Below the pieces are notes generated by a model. It saw only the letters and a program-made list of their open reading frames with translations. It ran no database searches and was not told the DNA's origin. From Chiloscyllium plagiosum (taxonomy: Eukaryota), in assembly GCF_004010195.1 (NCBI RefSeq), contig NC_057759.1, positions 3,065,382-3,124,883 on the forward strand: 59,502 nt of DNA, read 5' to 3'. Positions 23,230-36,509 of this stretch are shown piece by piece. The position numbers and the translations under genes were made by a program. The first letter of the stretch is position 1, and each line of letters opens with the position of its first letter.

Positions 23230-23512
23230 GTCACCTTTCTATATGTGGGAGAATGCTGTGTGCTAATTGGCTGCAGTGGTTCCCATGTGAGGAACCTTCA
23301 AAAAATTTGGCGAAGTGTAAAATGCTTTGGGACATTCCAAAATTTACGATACCCACATAACAAAAGTTTTGACCAGGGGACGAAGTTTTTCCGTTATGGG
23401 AGCCTGACTCCAAAGGGATGTAAACTGCCCCCTGTTGGATAGATGGTCAGTTTGAGACTGTTCAGAGATGGGTTCATTGTCAAAGTGTTCAGTTCAAAGG
23501 CACTTTGTGAAT

Positions 23513-23645
23513 ATGAAGAAGGGTCACTGGACCTGAACCATTAACACTGTTTCTCTCTCCACAGGTGCTGTCAAACCTGCTGAATATCTTCATCAGTTTG
23601 TGGTTTTGCTTGGTTCAGACAGCATCCACATTCTTTGTTTTGTTT
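23513..23645 (+). mobile_element. Degenerate Penelope pLTR remnant
   Basis: 'tgaagaagggtcactggacctgaac...gtgctgtcaaacctgctg...cagcatcc' parallels the other pLTR termini. Confidence 0.55.
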
Positions 23646-23934
23646 TATCGAAGGAGATCATCTTGCTCTCTGGACTGGCCAGGCAAAAGCTGTACTCGCC
23701 CCGGGTGGAGGCTCAGTCTTCATCAGTTCAAGGGGAATGTGGAACTGTGTAAATCAGGTGGATTTTAATGTGAATGTTCTTACGTCTTGACATAATATAT
23801 AAGAACACATCAGCGAATAAGGCACACATAGGGTCAGCGATCACTCATTCATTGACAGAACATTTATAAAACACAAATATCATAGAGACATTAACTGTAC
23901 TTACCCAGAAACATAATGGTTTTGGGGGAAATAC

Positions 23935-23960
23935 GGGTGGCTCTTAAAAGAGCCTTTGGG
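23935..23960 (-). terminator. Replication-dependent histone mRNA 3' stem-loop
   Basis: Minus strand CCCAAA-GGCTCT-TTTA-AGAGCC-ACCC, about 35 nt after the H2B stop. Confidence 0.93.
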
Positions 23961-23985
23961 TTGTGGGTGTATTTGTTTCCGTTTA

Positions 23986-24344
<359 letters not shown>

Positions 24345-24395
24345 CGTCCCGCTCAATTTCAAAAACAGAATAAGGGAAAGCGGGCTCGGAGCTCG

Positions 24396-24460
24396 CTTTT
24401 GATACACTGAAGGCCACACAATGCTAATGAAGGATGGGGGAAAGCCTGATTCCTGATTGG
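24396..24460 (-). promoter_or_regulatory. H2B-type promoter remnant (degenerate TATA, octamer-like, CCAAT)
   Basis: Minus strand: CCAAT (24456-24460), ATTAGCAT (24421-24428, octamer variant) and TATCAAAAG (24396-24404), in the order typical of H2B promoters. Confidence 0.65.
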
Positions 24461-24524
24461 GTAGTTTGCAGGAATGTTAACCTCACTGTGAATAATTAGT
24501 TAGGAACTCAATTTGAATCTTCAG

Positions 24525-25560
24525 AGTTAAAACTCACATAACACCAGATTATAGTCCAACAGGTCCATTTGGAAGCACTGGCTTTCATAGTGCCGCTTGT
24601 TCATCAGGTGGTTGTGAAGCAGGACCATAAAACATAGAATTTATAGCAAAAGGTTACAGTATTATGCAGCTGAAATATATGAAACAAACTTAGATTAAGT
24701 GTTTCATCTTTTAAAAGGGCGTTTCTCGTTTTGTTACTTAATATGTAAATCACAGAATTCCTCTTAAGTCATGGTCACATTCTCAAGATAACTTCAGGTG
24801 TTCGAAGAAAATGTCTTCTCTGCTCAGGCAATGCTTTAAAGGTGTGAGGTTAAAGTCTGTCTGTGTCCCAATCTGGAGTCAGACTGGTTCCATTTGTAAA
24901 GTGGGATTTACAAGACTCTTACGTGGATTGATTGTAGGTGATGCATTTTTTTTGAACAAAATAAAATTCTGCAAATACAGATTCACCACATAAACTTTTG
25001 TGTGTGCTTGCAAGAGAGAGAGTGAGAAAGAGCGTGTGTGTAAGCTTGGTAAAGTAGTGTGTAAGTGTGATGGGGTATAACCCTGTGAGAGGGTGCATGC
25101 ATGGGTGAGTGTGGGAGATGTATGTGTGTGCATATAAGATTGAGCTTGTAGATTAGAACATAGAACATAGAACATAGAACATAGAAGAATACAGCGCAGT
25201 ACAGGCCCTTGGGCCCTCGATGTTGCGCCGATCCAAGCCCACCTAAACTACACTAACGTGTGTGTGTGTGACAGAGTGTATAGTGCATTGGGGTCACCTG
25301 TAGTGTGACATGAACCCAAGGTCCCAGTTGAGGCCATCCCCGAACTGGGCTATCAGCCTCTTCTCGGCCATAGATCCTGGATAGCTGAAGTGTTCCCCGA
25401 CTGGAAGAGAACATCCTTGCCTGGTGATTGTTGTGTGGTGCCCATTCATCCGTTGTCATAGTGTCTGCTCAGTCTCGCCAATGTACCAAGCCTCAGGGCA
25501 TCCTTGCCTGCAGCGTATGAGATAGACAATGTTGGCCGAGTCACAGTCGGGGAACACTTC
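24525..25560 (-). mobile_element. Penelope-like element 3' fragment (GIY-YIG remnant plus pLTR)
   Basis: The minus strand reads 'CDSANIVYLIRCRQGCPEAWYIGETEQTL*QRMNGH' at about 25440-25545; degenerate hammerhead at 24576-24610. Confidence 0.85.
25155..25255 (-). mobile_element. Short CR1 3' tail with (TTCTATG)n
   Basis: Nearly identical to the start of the insert at 45762. Confidence 0.8.
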
Positions 25561-25569
25561 AGTCCTACC

Positions 25570-26190
25570 TTATTCTCTGCTTTGTTCCTGCCTGCCCTGA
25601 TTGTTTGGCTCGCTCCTTTTCCCATCTATACCAGTCTCACATTAATTTCTGTCCTCACTATTTCCCTGGGTCCCCCACCTTACTAGTTTAAACCTTCAAA
25701 GCAGCTCTAACAAATCTCCCTGCCATTCTATATTAGTCATTTTCCAATTCAGGTGAAATCTGTCCTTCTTGTACAGATCACTTCTATCCCACAAGAGATT
25801 CCAAAGATCCTAAAATGTGAACACATCACCTTTGTACCAGCTCCTCAATCAAACATTCATCTATGGTTCTATCCTCCAATTCCTACCCTCACGAGCTCAG
25901 AGCACCAGAACTTATCCAGATATTAGTACCTTCGAGGACTTCTTTCTTAAATTCCTGCCTAACTTTCTATATTCTCTCTTCAGAATCTCATCCTCTTCCC
26001 TTTCTACGTTGTTAGTTCCAATGTGTACAATGACTTCCTGCTGGTCCCTCTTCTGAGAGTATTCTGCAACCTCCTTGAAATATCCTTTATCCTGGCACCA
26101 TTCGAGGCAACGCACCATTCTGATTTTTCACTGCTGGCTCTGCGTAGAGACCCCGCTATCACAATTGATCGCTTGGAACCTGACATACCC
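25570..26190 (-). mobile_element. CR1 ORF1 (SGNH esterase-like) fragment
   Basis: 'IVIAGSLRR', 'GARIKDISRRLQN', 'VIVHIGTNNV...YRKLGRNL...VLISG'. Confidence 0.82.
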
Positions 26191-26309
26191 TCATTACATT
26201 AGAGCCAGTCTCGCTCTAATGTGGTGCGAATATGGCAATGTAGTTATCTATCTGTACCAGTCCATTTCTGTTATGTGAATATGAGTGTACCAATCATTGA
26301 GAGTGATAG

Positions 26310-27355
26310 TGTTGTTTTAAAAGGAGTATTTTGTCATGTCCACAATAGGTAACATACAACACAATAACGAAGGAATTGGAATAACTTAACTCTATTGGAA
26401 TACTTAACAGAATAATGGATTCAGTAACTCTTCCTAATTAACTGTTCCAATACAGTAATATCCCATAAACATCCTTGGCAAAAGACAAATTCAATAAAAT
26501 ACGACTCCAGTAGCAAAAATAGAATCTGCAGCTTCTGACTGTAACTGAGAGGGGAAAGCTAGCTTTCCCATCTTCAGGACGCCAACAGTTTGGCTGAAAG
26601 CAAAACTAAAAATGTTATTCTGTGAGAGCTTGACCACACCAATTCAGGCTGCTTCTGTTGTTCCAACTTTAAAAAGAGTCTCAAACTGTTTACTCTGGTG
26701 GCTCTGGTAGACTTCACCACACTCCTGCAATAAAACCTCTCTTCAACAAGAAAGAAAGGACAAAATGAATATCTTAAAGCCACATTATCATCAAAAATTC
26801 CACCCCTCTTAAAAAGAACCCAATTATATACAGTGACGGACTAATTTTTAAAAATTATTTAGCCTTACACTATTAGGACACCACACATATACATTTGATT
26901 GACTCTAAGCATGCAAACACTCACTACAACTGTCCACCTTTTCCTGCTATGAAACACTTCCATCTTTTCTCATCAAAGTCGCGACAACACCTTGGCAATT
27001 AGTTTCTGTCATCCTGCCATGTATGTAATTTGCAAATTGAATGACTGTGATAATAAGCTTTATCTAACGAGTTTGTAATTTTTGTTCTTAAATTTCTCCA
27101 AAAAACAATAAACTCAAGGTGTCCTTCTCAAACATGAAGTATTTTTGTTGATGAGTCTTCGGGTTACCGTCAAGATAGGCCTCAAATTGTTTGCTCTCGT
27201 GGCTCGGATTCTCTGCCTTAAATTTGCTCATCACGAACAAAAGGACAAAATAAACCTCCTAAATCCACAGTCTCATCACACAGTGTCCATCTCTCACTTC
27301 CTGTATTGTGAATATGAAAATTCATTTATTGACCTGTACCCTTCCATTCTTGTCA
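26310..27355 (-). mobile_element. Gypsy-like LTR plus adjacent degraded internal 3' sequence
   Basis: LTR-like block to about 26790, followed by 'ccacccctcttaaaaag' (minus-strand PPT-like), then decayed sequence paralleling the RNase H-end remnants at 36850 and 43250. Confidence 0.55.
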
Positions 27356-27359
27356 CGTG

Positions 27360-28150
27360 AACATATAAATGTTGTCATTAATGTGTCCCCTTTCAGTTAT
27401 TGCAATTCAAGCATGTGACTGTTGTTATACCCTTTCAGTTTCTGCTGTGTGAATGTGAGTTTAGTTATCAATCTGTATCTGTCAATTTCTGCTAGGTGTA
27501 AAAGTGTGAGTGTCAATATATGGCTGTCAGATTTTGTTCTGTGAATAGTTATCAAACTGTACCTGTCAGTTCATGTTCTGTGAAATGGGAGTGTAATCAC
27601 CTAGTGCCTGTCAGTTTCTGCATTGTGAATATGGGAGTGCACTTATTAATCTTTCTCGGACAGTTACATTTGTATAAAAGCGTCAGCGTATTTATCAATA
27701 TGTCCGTGCCAATTTCCAATATATGAATCTAATTTTAGTTATCATAACGTACCTTTCAGTTTATCTTTATCTCTGCAAATGAGAGTGTAACCTTCAATCT
27801 ACCTGATAGTAGTTGAGTTTGATTATTGAGCTGAAGTATCCGTTTCCGATTGGATGAATATTTGAGCACAATTATTTATCTGTGTCTGATACTTTCTGAT
27901 ATCTGAATATGGAAGTGCAGTTGTCAACCCATTCCTGTTGCTTTGTGCAATGAAAATAAGAGAGTGTGTGTCACTTTGTCATGTGAACATCTGAGTGTCA
28001 TGAATCTATCCATGACAGTGCCTGCAAGGTAGAGAGTGTGTGTGCGCGCGCGCGCGTCAATTGCGTGTCATCATCAATGTCGTTTTGCTTGTTTCTGCAA
28101 AGTGAACGAGTGAACAAAGGTATCAATGCAAGCTTGTCAGTTACTATCTG
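27360..28150. repeat. Degenerate about 46-bp minisatellite (also 26220-26300)
   Basis: Units resembling CTGTCAGTTTCTGCTGTGTGAATATGAGTGTAGTTATCAATCTGTAC start near 27432, 27479, 27524, 27563 and 27608. Confidence 0.7.
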
Positions 28151-28204
28151 GCAAAGGGACGTAACTCTCTAGCAGCCACTCATATTCTCTGTGAGGGTGT
28201 GATT

Positions 28205-28870
28205 CATAGATAGTCATAGAGTCATAGTCATAGAGATGTACAGCATGGAAACAGACCCTTCGGTCCAACCCGTCCATGCTGACCAGATATCCCAACCCAA
28301 TCTAGTCCCACCTGCCAGCGGCCGGCCCATATCCCTCCAAACCCTTCCTATTCATATACCCATCCAAATGCCTCTTAAATATTGCAATTGTACCAACCTC
28401 CACCACATCCTCTGGCAGCTCATTCCATANNNNNNNNNNNNNNNNNNNNNNNNNNNNNNNNNNNNNNNNNNNNNNNNNNNNNNNNNNNNNNNNNNNNNNN
28501 NNNNNNNNNNNNNNNNNNNNNNNNNNNNNNNNNNNNNNNNNNNNNNNNNNNNNNNNNNNNNNNNNNNNNNNNNNNNNNNNNNNNNNNNNNNNNNNNNNNN
28601 NNNNNNNNNNNNNNNNNNNNNNNNNNNNNNNNNNNNNNNNNNNNNNNNNNNNNNNNNNNNNNNNNNNNNNNNNNNNNNNNNNNNNNNNNNNNNNNNNNNN
28701 NNNNNNNNNNNNNNNNNNNNNACCTTACCATTAAGTGTATAAGTCCTGCTAAGATTTGCTTTCCCAAAATGCAGCACCTCGCATTTATCTGAATTAAACT
28801 CTATCTGCCACTTCTCAGCTCATTGGTCCATCTGGTCCAGATCCTGTTGTAATCTGAGGTAACCCTCTTC
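28205..28870 (-). mobile_element. CR1 (HER1-like) 3' fragment spanning a gap
   Basis: TCATAGAG-type tail, 'gatgtacagcatggaaacagacccttc', 'LHFGKANLSRTYTLNG'; same family as 655-1585. Confidence 0.9.
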
Positions 28871-30164
28871 TGACATCATTTTTTACCTGATACCATTCCT
28901 TGCGAACAATATGCTGATGCTGGCTGTGATCACAGATTACTTATCTTTAATAATATTACAGAGGTGAATTTCTTACAGATAAACTGAATCCAAAATTTGT
29001 TACAGGGTGAAAGTGGATTAATTTAGTCAGATGAAACAGTAGGATTTGATCAAATAAGCACTACATGAAAGACCGGGGCACACAAACCAAATGAGGAGGA
29101 TCACTGACAGATGGAAAATCAATATCTCATCTATGGATCAAATAATAATTGATAACGTTTGAACACCAGTTCCATGGTTTTGAAAAAAGAAATCTTCTTT
29201 TTATGTAACTTAATATCATCAGTGCATTTTAACAATATTATTTTTGGACTTTCCATAATATTTTAATGCGTCCAGAGAGTCGTTTTATCCCTCCATTCTG
29301 TATAAAACTAACCCACTTCATTAACATTGTCTCTCATAATGTCTCATTGTAGATGTATCATTGGTGCTGATCTGCACATGACTTATAAATAGTGTAGTCA
29401 AATAATGATAACTGGAAATATAACTGTCCTTCAATCCAGACTGAACAGTGATTTCTTCAATTCTCTTTATTTTCTGTCTTTTCACCAATGCCGAATTCGC
29501 ACTTTAACTGGAGTCCAGTAAATAACACTTGATCATACTCTGTCGACCTTATCTGCCCTCTGTGATTCTAGAATAGCGATCTGAATTATTACATAAGTTA
29601 TCATTTTCTATCATAGAACCGTAGTTTGTCTGTTATAAACCTAATTCTTGTCAATTTTTTCCCTCTGAGTATACATTCTGAAACTTCCCAAATTTTTTCT
29701 CTCATATTATAATGACTGAGCACTTGGTATAGGACGTTAGTTTCCATTTATGAAGATAGAAGCATGTCTATGTTCCGATAATTACCCCTGTATTGTTCCC
29801 AATCTTAGGCAGATTGCATGATTCCACACAGTCGCTCCAGGTTTTCCAACTTTCCTTGCCTCCGTCACCCTTACATTCAGAATGTGTAATTTTTCTGCAG
29901 TATTTCGAAAGCTCAGAAAAATATTGAATTGTCAGGGGTTAACTGGAGTTATTTGTTCAGTGGCTATGGTTAATGTCAGTCTCCATGGATGCTAGTTATG
30001 GCACTAGAGTGTTTCCATCTTCTATGAATAAGATACAACTTTCAGTGCATTATCTCCTAGTATTAGGGGAAGCATCAATTTAGACACTAACTGGGATTTG
30101 CAGCTCCAGAGATAGGAGGATGAGAGATTAGATTCTGAGATCAAACCACTGGAACGTTACAACA

Positions 30165-30336
30165 ATGGATCAGAATATGAGAGCATCAGACTGGAAATTT
30201 ACAATGGACAGGGGTTTTTACGGTGGCCTTTACTGGCTTTCTCAGGATTGGCTATCATTAGCATCGCGGATCCAATGTATACTTTGGATTATCCAAGGTG
30301 GTTACTATCCCGTTCTCGCAGTTGTTGGTGTTTTCG
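30165..30336 (+). CDS. GPR139-like: GPR139-like GPCR, coding exon 1 (N-terminus and first half of TM1)
   Basis: MDQNMRASDW...IIQGGYYPVLAVVGVF, then a consensus donor G|GTAAGT at 30337. Phase 1 matches the acceptor at 46932. Confidence 0.85.
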
Positions 30337-31321
30337 GTAAGTCGTTGTATCTGTTTCTATCAGGTTGAACTGGATTGGTGCTCGTGATATTGAAATTCGG
30401 AAAGACGGAAACCAACATCCTCAATTCCAATCAAAAGTTCCATTCCTTGCAAATTACCAAGTGCAAGTTATGAATAACTCATTAAAAAGCCTCTGTTACC
30501 AGTATCTGAGGAGAACTTAGATTGTTTGCAATTTCCACTATCCAGTTTGTCCTGCACTGCTTTATGTCTGCTAGCCTCTTCAGCACCAACATCATAATAT
30601 TTTAGTCTCCACCTCAGCCTCAGTGCAGTTTCTGAATGAACCATCACATGTGTATTTTTTTTAGTATCCAAATTCAAATGTTCCAATTCTGTTCAGGCCA
30701 GACCTTCACAGATAAAATAATTACAGCTGAAGTTGTAACTTGTTATTCTGTCCATGGGTTCTCTCAAATAGAGATATTTGTCAAGTATTCAGGTCATTTA
30801 GGAGTTACTCGGAAGCTGAAAATAGTGTCGTGTGGTTAATAGTCCGTTTCTCAGGAAACAATTTGGTGGGGCTTATGTAGAAACCAGGAAGACATCGTCA
30901 TTTGTTGGAAAAGCCCATCTGCTTTGTACCTAGCCTTTACTGAAGGCAATGTGTTATCCTGGTCTGTGTGACTGCAAAGCCAGAGCAATGTGCTTTGCCC
31001 TTTAGTGTCCTGTGGAACCACTGAGCAAAGTGCTCAGCTCAAGGGAACGTCCGGGTGGGCATAAAATGCAGGCTGTACCAAGGATACACCTACAACATGA
31101 AAACATGTCAAAAGTAATACTAGTACGCTTCCTCTGCCTGTTTTGAAATGTGCCTTGAAGATGGATTTGTTTTGTGATGTGTATTTTGGAAACTTGGAAC
31201 AGAGCTGTGTGATCTGCAATGTAGCTTGTTTTTTTTTCAAAAGAAGCAGACAAAGAAAGCATGAGTGGGAGGAGTTCAGCACGCACAGAACTTGGGTTTC
31301 TTGGGTTTACTTTTCAGTTGG

Positions 31322-31525
31322 AGGAGAAAGTGAGGACTGCAGATGCTGGAGATCAGAGCTGAAAATGTGTTGCTGGAAAAGCGCAGCAGGTCAGGCAGCA
31401 TCCAAGGAACAGGAGAGTCCACGTTTCGGGCATAAGCCCTTCTTCAGGAATGAGGAATGTGTGTCCATCATCCCTCGTGGTTGGAGGGTTCCTAGGTGGA
31501 AGATGAGGCGCTCTTCCTCCAACCG
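31322..31525 (-). mobile_element. Penelope pLTR with hammerhead core (cleavage site GTG) and adjoining fragment
   Basis: Reverse complement of the 50320-50445 terminus; ATTCCTGAAGAAGGGCTTATGCCCGAAACGTGG. Confidence 0.85.
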
Positions 31526-31544
31526 TCGTGTTTTCAGTTGTGCA

Positions 31545-31945
31545 TTCGGATTTCAGAGGAAGATCTAGCTATCACTGTCGCTCTGGAAAATCTGGTGATT
31601 CCCCCTTACTGCTGTTGTTGTTTTTATATATTTTTGAATTCCCCTGTCGATTTGCCTTTGCCAATAGTTTTTCTAAGATGCTGCTGTAATCGAACAGTTA
31701 TAAAGTCGTATTTAAATGATACGCTGTTTTGTTTACGATTTTGTGTGAGTTACGGTTAAAGTAATTCTGTTATTTTTATTTTGTGTGGATTTTAACTGTA
31801 GTGTAAGAAATAAGCTGTGTTTTGCTAAAACCCAAGTAGTTTGACCTATCGAACTGCATCCAGAATGCACTTGTCTTTAAAATAATAAAAGCTAAAGGTT
31901 CAGACCACCACTTTGAGTTTCGAAGGGGTTTGGACTGGAAAAACA
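31545..31945 (+). mobile_element. Probable partial solo LTR
   Basis: AT-rich LTR-like block with AATAAG/AATAAA signals, ending '...GGAAAACA'; weak support. Confidence 0.4.
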
Positions 31946-32139
31946 TGGAACATAGAACATTATAGCGCAATAAAGGCCCTTCGGCCTTCGATGTGGCACC
32001 GCAACATTTTAAAAAACGCATTCAGGCATGTTGCAACTCCTGGTTTCAATCCAATTTCGTTTTCTCTCCATTGAACCTGGTCATCTTCAGCTCTAACCAC
32101 TGCTCTGGCTTTTTTGACGCAGAGATATTGGAGTTGTTA

Positions 32140-32350
32140 AGGTCAGCAGATGCTGGAGAGCCAGGGTTGATAAAGTATGGCGCTGGAAATGACACAGCAG
32201 GTTAGGCGGTATCTGAGAAGTAGGACAGTCGACATTTCGGCAGAATCTTTAATCAGGACCTGACCTAAACATAGACTGCCTTGATCTTCATAAGCTGTCT
32301 GTCCTACTGTGCTTTTTCCATCGTCACACTTTAAAGACTCTGATGCTGAG
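32140..32350. mobile_element. Old inverted pair of Penelope pLTRs
   Basis: 'gcagatgctggag...acacagcaggttaggcggtatc...agtcgacatttcgg' followed by the mirror-image remnant. Confidence 0.6.
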
Positions 32351-33770
32351 GTAAAAGAAGTGATGCAAGGAAGAGGTCATTCTCCATGCATAGTGATTGA
32401 ATGAATCTTCCGAAGCCAGACAAAAGAACCAGAGAAGTGGAAAGTGACAGTAAAGCAAGTATTGTGATCAATACTGAGAGTCTTATTGAGGGATTACTTG
32501 GGGTATTATTTACAGTTAGACGCTTTGTAAGGAATATTATCCTTGTCAGAGAAAGACTGCAAAGAGGTTTCAACAGTCTAATCTAGAGTATAACCGTATG
32601 ATGAGTATAGTGTGAAGAATTTTGGTATTTAACCTGTAACTCTGGAAAAGAATAAGTGGTGATTGCATTGAAACTTGAGGGTTACATACAACGTCAACAT
32701 TGGCTGAACAGATTCGATTATTTACCAAGGGTATGCCATTCTCGATAGTTTATGTGTCTATGCAGCGCGCCTATTTCCAGTGCGAGAGCTCTGCGTTCTG
32801 AATACCATCTATCTGCAATATGTGTGTGCAACTCCACTGACAATAATGTTCACAACCCTGACAGCAGCTGCAATACGTCCATTCTGTAAGGGTTAGCCAT
32901 TTCCACCAGCTCCTGTCCTCCATTGTGAACACTAGTTTGTCTTCTTGGAGATGGAAAATCTCCTCTTGATATTTGGCACAAACCTTCCATTTTGCCTCCT
33001 CACCATCAGCAAGCCACATTAAAATAATACATGTGCACCATTAGCAATGGAGCCAGTAGGAACAACATAGAGCAGTCTACCTGTGCAGTCTACACTTCAT
33101 TCGTTAGTTATGATGGACATCAATAACATCCTTGAATTTCAGTATAAACGGACAGAGGGTTTGAAAGCTCTCTTCCTGTTACTCGTTAAAAACATTAAGT
33201 GAATGTTGTCTTGCTGCACATGGACACAGACTATTTCAGGAGCTGAGAGGTCACAAATTGTTCTGATCATTGTGTGAACTTTAAAGAACATCTCCACTTT
33301 TGATTTCAGGATAGCAAATGCTATTGATGGAGCAGCTGAAGATGTTTGTGCAGAGGAAGCTACCTTGATGATATTCCGCAGAGATAATTGATGGTCACGA
33401 ACCACAAGCATCTTCCTTCGTGTTTTGTATCACTTCACCCTGTGGAGAGTTTACAACTCTCGATTATGTTCGATTTTGTTCAGGCTTCTTGATGGCGTCC
33501 TCAATCAAATTTTGCCTTTATGTCATCACCAGTCACTCTTAACTGAGCCCACGTGTTCCCTCCTTTGTACCTGTCAATAGGGCATAGTGCAGAGGTGGGT
33601 GCAGTGTTCGCTTCATACAGAAGGTAATAAATATCATGAATACTTGATTCAAGCTGGTGAGATAAACTAGATTATTGAAAACGTTTAAAGAAGATTGATG
33701 ACCTGTAAATGAATTGAGGGATGTGAAGAATTTGTCACGAAAGAAAAGTAATGGTGTCATAGAGTCATAC

Positions 33771-33972
33771 AGGAGAAAGTGAGGAGAGCAGATTCTGGCT
33801 ATCAGAGTCGAGCAGTGTGATTCAGGAAAAGCACACAAGGTCAGGCAGCATCCGAAGAGAGGAAAATCTATGTACGTTGTTTTATAAGTCATTATGCCCG
33901 ACGCATCGGTTCTCCTGCTCCTTGGTGCTGCCCGACCTGCTGTGCTTTTCCAGCGCTACACTTTTCGACTCA
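33771..33972. mobile_element. Inverted pair of Penelope pLTRs inserted in a CR1 tail
   Basis: 'agagtcga..gaaaagcacac.aggtcaggcagcatcc' versus 'gtgctgcccgacctgctgtgcttttcc...tcgactc'; TCATAGAG on both sides. Confidence 0.75.
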
Positions 33973-34325
33973 TAGAGACTTACAGTCATACGATTTTGGA
34001 AGAAAACCATTCATCCCAACTCGTCCATGGCAACCAGGTTTCCTAAACTGAACTAGTCCCACAGGATTGCTTTTGGTCCATGCTCCAAAACTTCCCAAAC
34101 CACATACCTTATATGTCTTTTAAATACATTAAATTGTACTCGCCTCTACCTCTTCAGCTGGCAGCTTATTCTATGTATACACCATCGTCTCTTTGAAAAG
34201 GTTGTCCCTGGTGTCCCTCTTAAATCGTTTTCACCCTCAGCTTCAACTTGTGCCCTTCAATTTTAGATTCCTGTACCTTGGGGAAAAGACCTTGGTTAGC
34301 TTTGTCATCTATGCCCCTTATTGCT
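33973..34325 (-). mobile_element. Degraded CR1 3' fragment
   Basis: Same tail motifs as 655-1000 and 56310-56700. Confidence 0.7.
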
Positions 34326-35182
34326 TTACAACAATGGTCGTGGTTGTGGGTTTAGAAGATGGTGTCTGAGGATCTTTGGTGAATCTCTGCAGTGTGTCTT
34401 GTTGATATGAGACACTGCGGCTACCGAGAGTCAGTGGTGAATTGAATGTATTTTTGTGGCTGTGGTGCCAATCCTGAGGGCAGCTCTGCCCCGGGATGAT
34501 GTCAACTTTCTTGTGTGTTATTCGGTCATTCCATCACTCTCCTGACTTTAACGTGCAGATTCTGGGCATATTTTGGGGAGTCATGAGTTGAGTTCCTGAC
34601 CACAGTATTCATCGCATCTGATCTACTATTGAAACCACTGAGCTTCTGTGGGTTCCAGTTCAGTTTCTGTTCAATGATAACCCCGAGGATGTTGATAGTG
34701 GGAGATTCAGTGATGAAACATCCATGGAATTTCAATGGATGGTGTTTACATTGTTTCTTATTGGTGATGACCAAGCCTGGCATCTTTACATCATGAATGC
34801 TTCTTACCATTTGTCAGACCAAGCCTTGATATTCTCCAGTTCTTATTGCATTTGGATAAAAATTGCTTCAGCGTCTGAGGATGAGCGAATAGTGCTAGAC
34901 ATCGTGCAATCATCGACGAACATCTGTACTTACGATAGAGGCAATATTATTCACATGGAGCATGTGAAAAAGAATTGTATGCATTACTCCAAATGTAGCA
35001 TTATCATTGCCTTGCAGAGCCGTAAGATGACATTCAAATACCTGTACTCAATACGCTGATGGATGAAGGCAAGCATGCCAAACTACTTCTTCACCGTCCT
35101 GACTACCTGTGACACCCCTTTAAGGAAATATCTACCTCCATACCTTTGTTTCTCTATTAACAATACTCCACAAGCTCTCTTG

Positions 35183-35900
35183 TTTCTGAGCAACAAACCC
35201 AAAGAAGCAGACACAACACGTCCACAAATCCTAGCCACTCTCCCCTACATTAAAGACATCTCAGGAATGACTGATGGACTACTCAGACCTCTTGGCATCA
35301 TGGTAGCCCACAAACCAACCAATACGCTAAAATAGCAGCTAATGAACTTGAAAGACCCTAAACAGGCAACAAGCAAAACCAATGTCATTTACAAATGACC
35401 TTGCAAGGACTGCAACAAAGACTACATTGGACAAACAGGCAGAAAACTAGCCACCAGGATACATGAACACTAACTAGTCACAAAAAAGACATGACCCTCT
35501 CTCACTAGTATCCTCACATACGGATGAGGAAGGACACCACTTTGAGTGGGACAACACGTCCATCCTAGGACAAGCCAAACAAAGGCACGCACGAGAATTC
35601 CCAGAACCATGGCATTCCAACAAACACATTGAGTTAGACCCCATCTACCACCCTCTGAGAAAAGGACCAGGAAGTGGTCACCACAGGAAATAACATCACC
35701 ACAGGAAATGACATCACCAACCCAAAGAAACCCAAACATATAAATACAAAGCAGGAATTTTCAGCATTGCTTCGCCTGAGGCCCATTGAAGATATTACCT
35801 AGTAGGGTAACGAAACGTCTGTAAATGAACTTTCCAGCACAGCGAGTAAACCTATGTCCATAACCTCAACCTGAGCTGCAAATCTTCTCAAAACTCGCTA
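35183..35900 (+). mobile_element. Penelope-like element 3' part (GIY-YIG endonuclease plus terminus)
   Basis: 'ATLPYIKDISGMT..LLRPLGIMVAHKPTNTLK', 'NVIYK*PCKDCNKDYIGQTGRKLATRIHEH'; hammerhead-like 'ccattgaaga..gaaacgtctg' at 35783-35822. Confidence 0.9.
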
Positions 35901-36509
35901 CCAAGTGTTTAGAGGTTTAAGCTTCCTTTCTCTTAACGGCACATTACATGGCTCCAACTCTCCAACATTATACTGTTCCAATAAAAATTCAAATTGTTGT
36001 CAAAACAGCAATCAACTCAGGACACCACTTTGACTGGGACAACACGTCCATCCTAGGACAAGCCAAACAAAGGCACGCACGAGAATTCCTAGAACCATGG
36101 TATTCCAACAAACACATTGAGTTAGACCCCATCTACCACCCTCTGAGAAAAGGACCAGGAAGTGGTCACCACAGGAAATAACATCACCACAGGAAATGAC
36201 ATCACCAACCCAAAGAAACCCAAACATATAAATAGAAAGCAGGAATTTTCAGCATTGCTTCGCCTGAGGCCCATTGAAGATATTACCTAGTAGGGTAACG
36301 AAACGTCTGGAAATGAACCTTCCAGCACAGCGAGTAAACCTACGTCCATAACCTCAACCTGAGCTGCAAATCTTCTCAAAACTCGCTACCAAGTGTTTAG
36401 AAGTTTAAGCTTCCTTTCTCTTAACGGCACATTACATGGCTCCAACTCTCCAACATTATACTGTTCCAATAAAAATTCAAATTGTTGTCAAAACAGCAAT
36501 CAACTCAGG
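35531..36509 (+). repeat. 488-bp direct tandem duplication
   Basis: 35531-36018 is almost identical to 36019-36506; AGG microhomology at the junctions. Confidence 0.93.
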
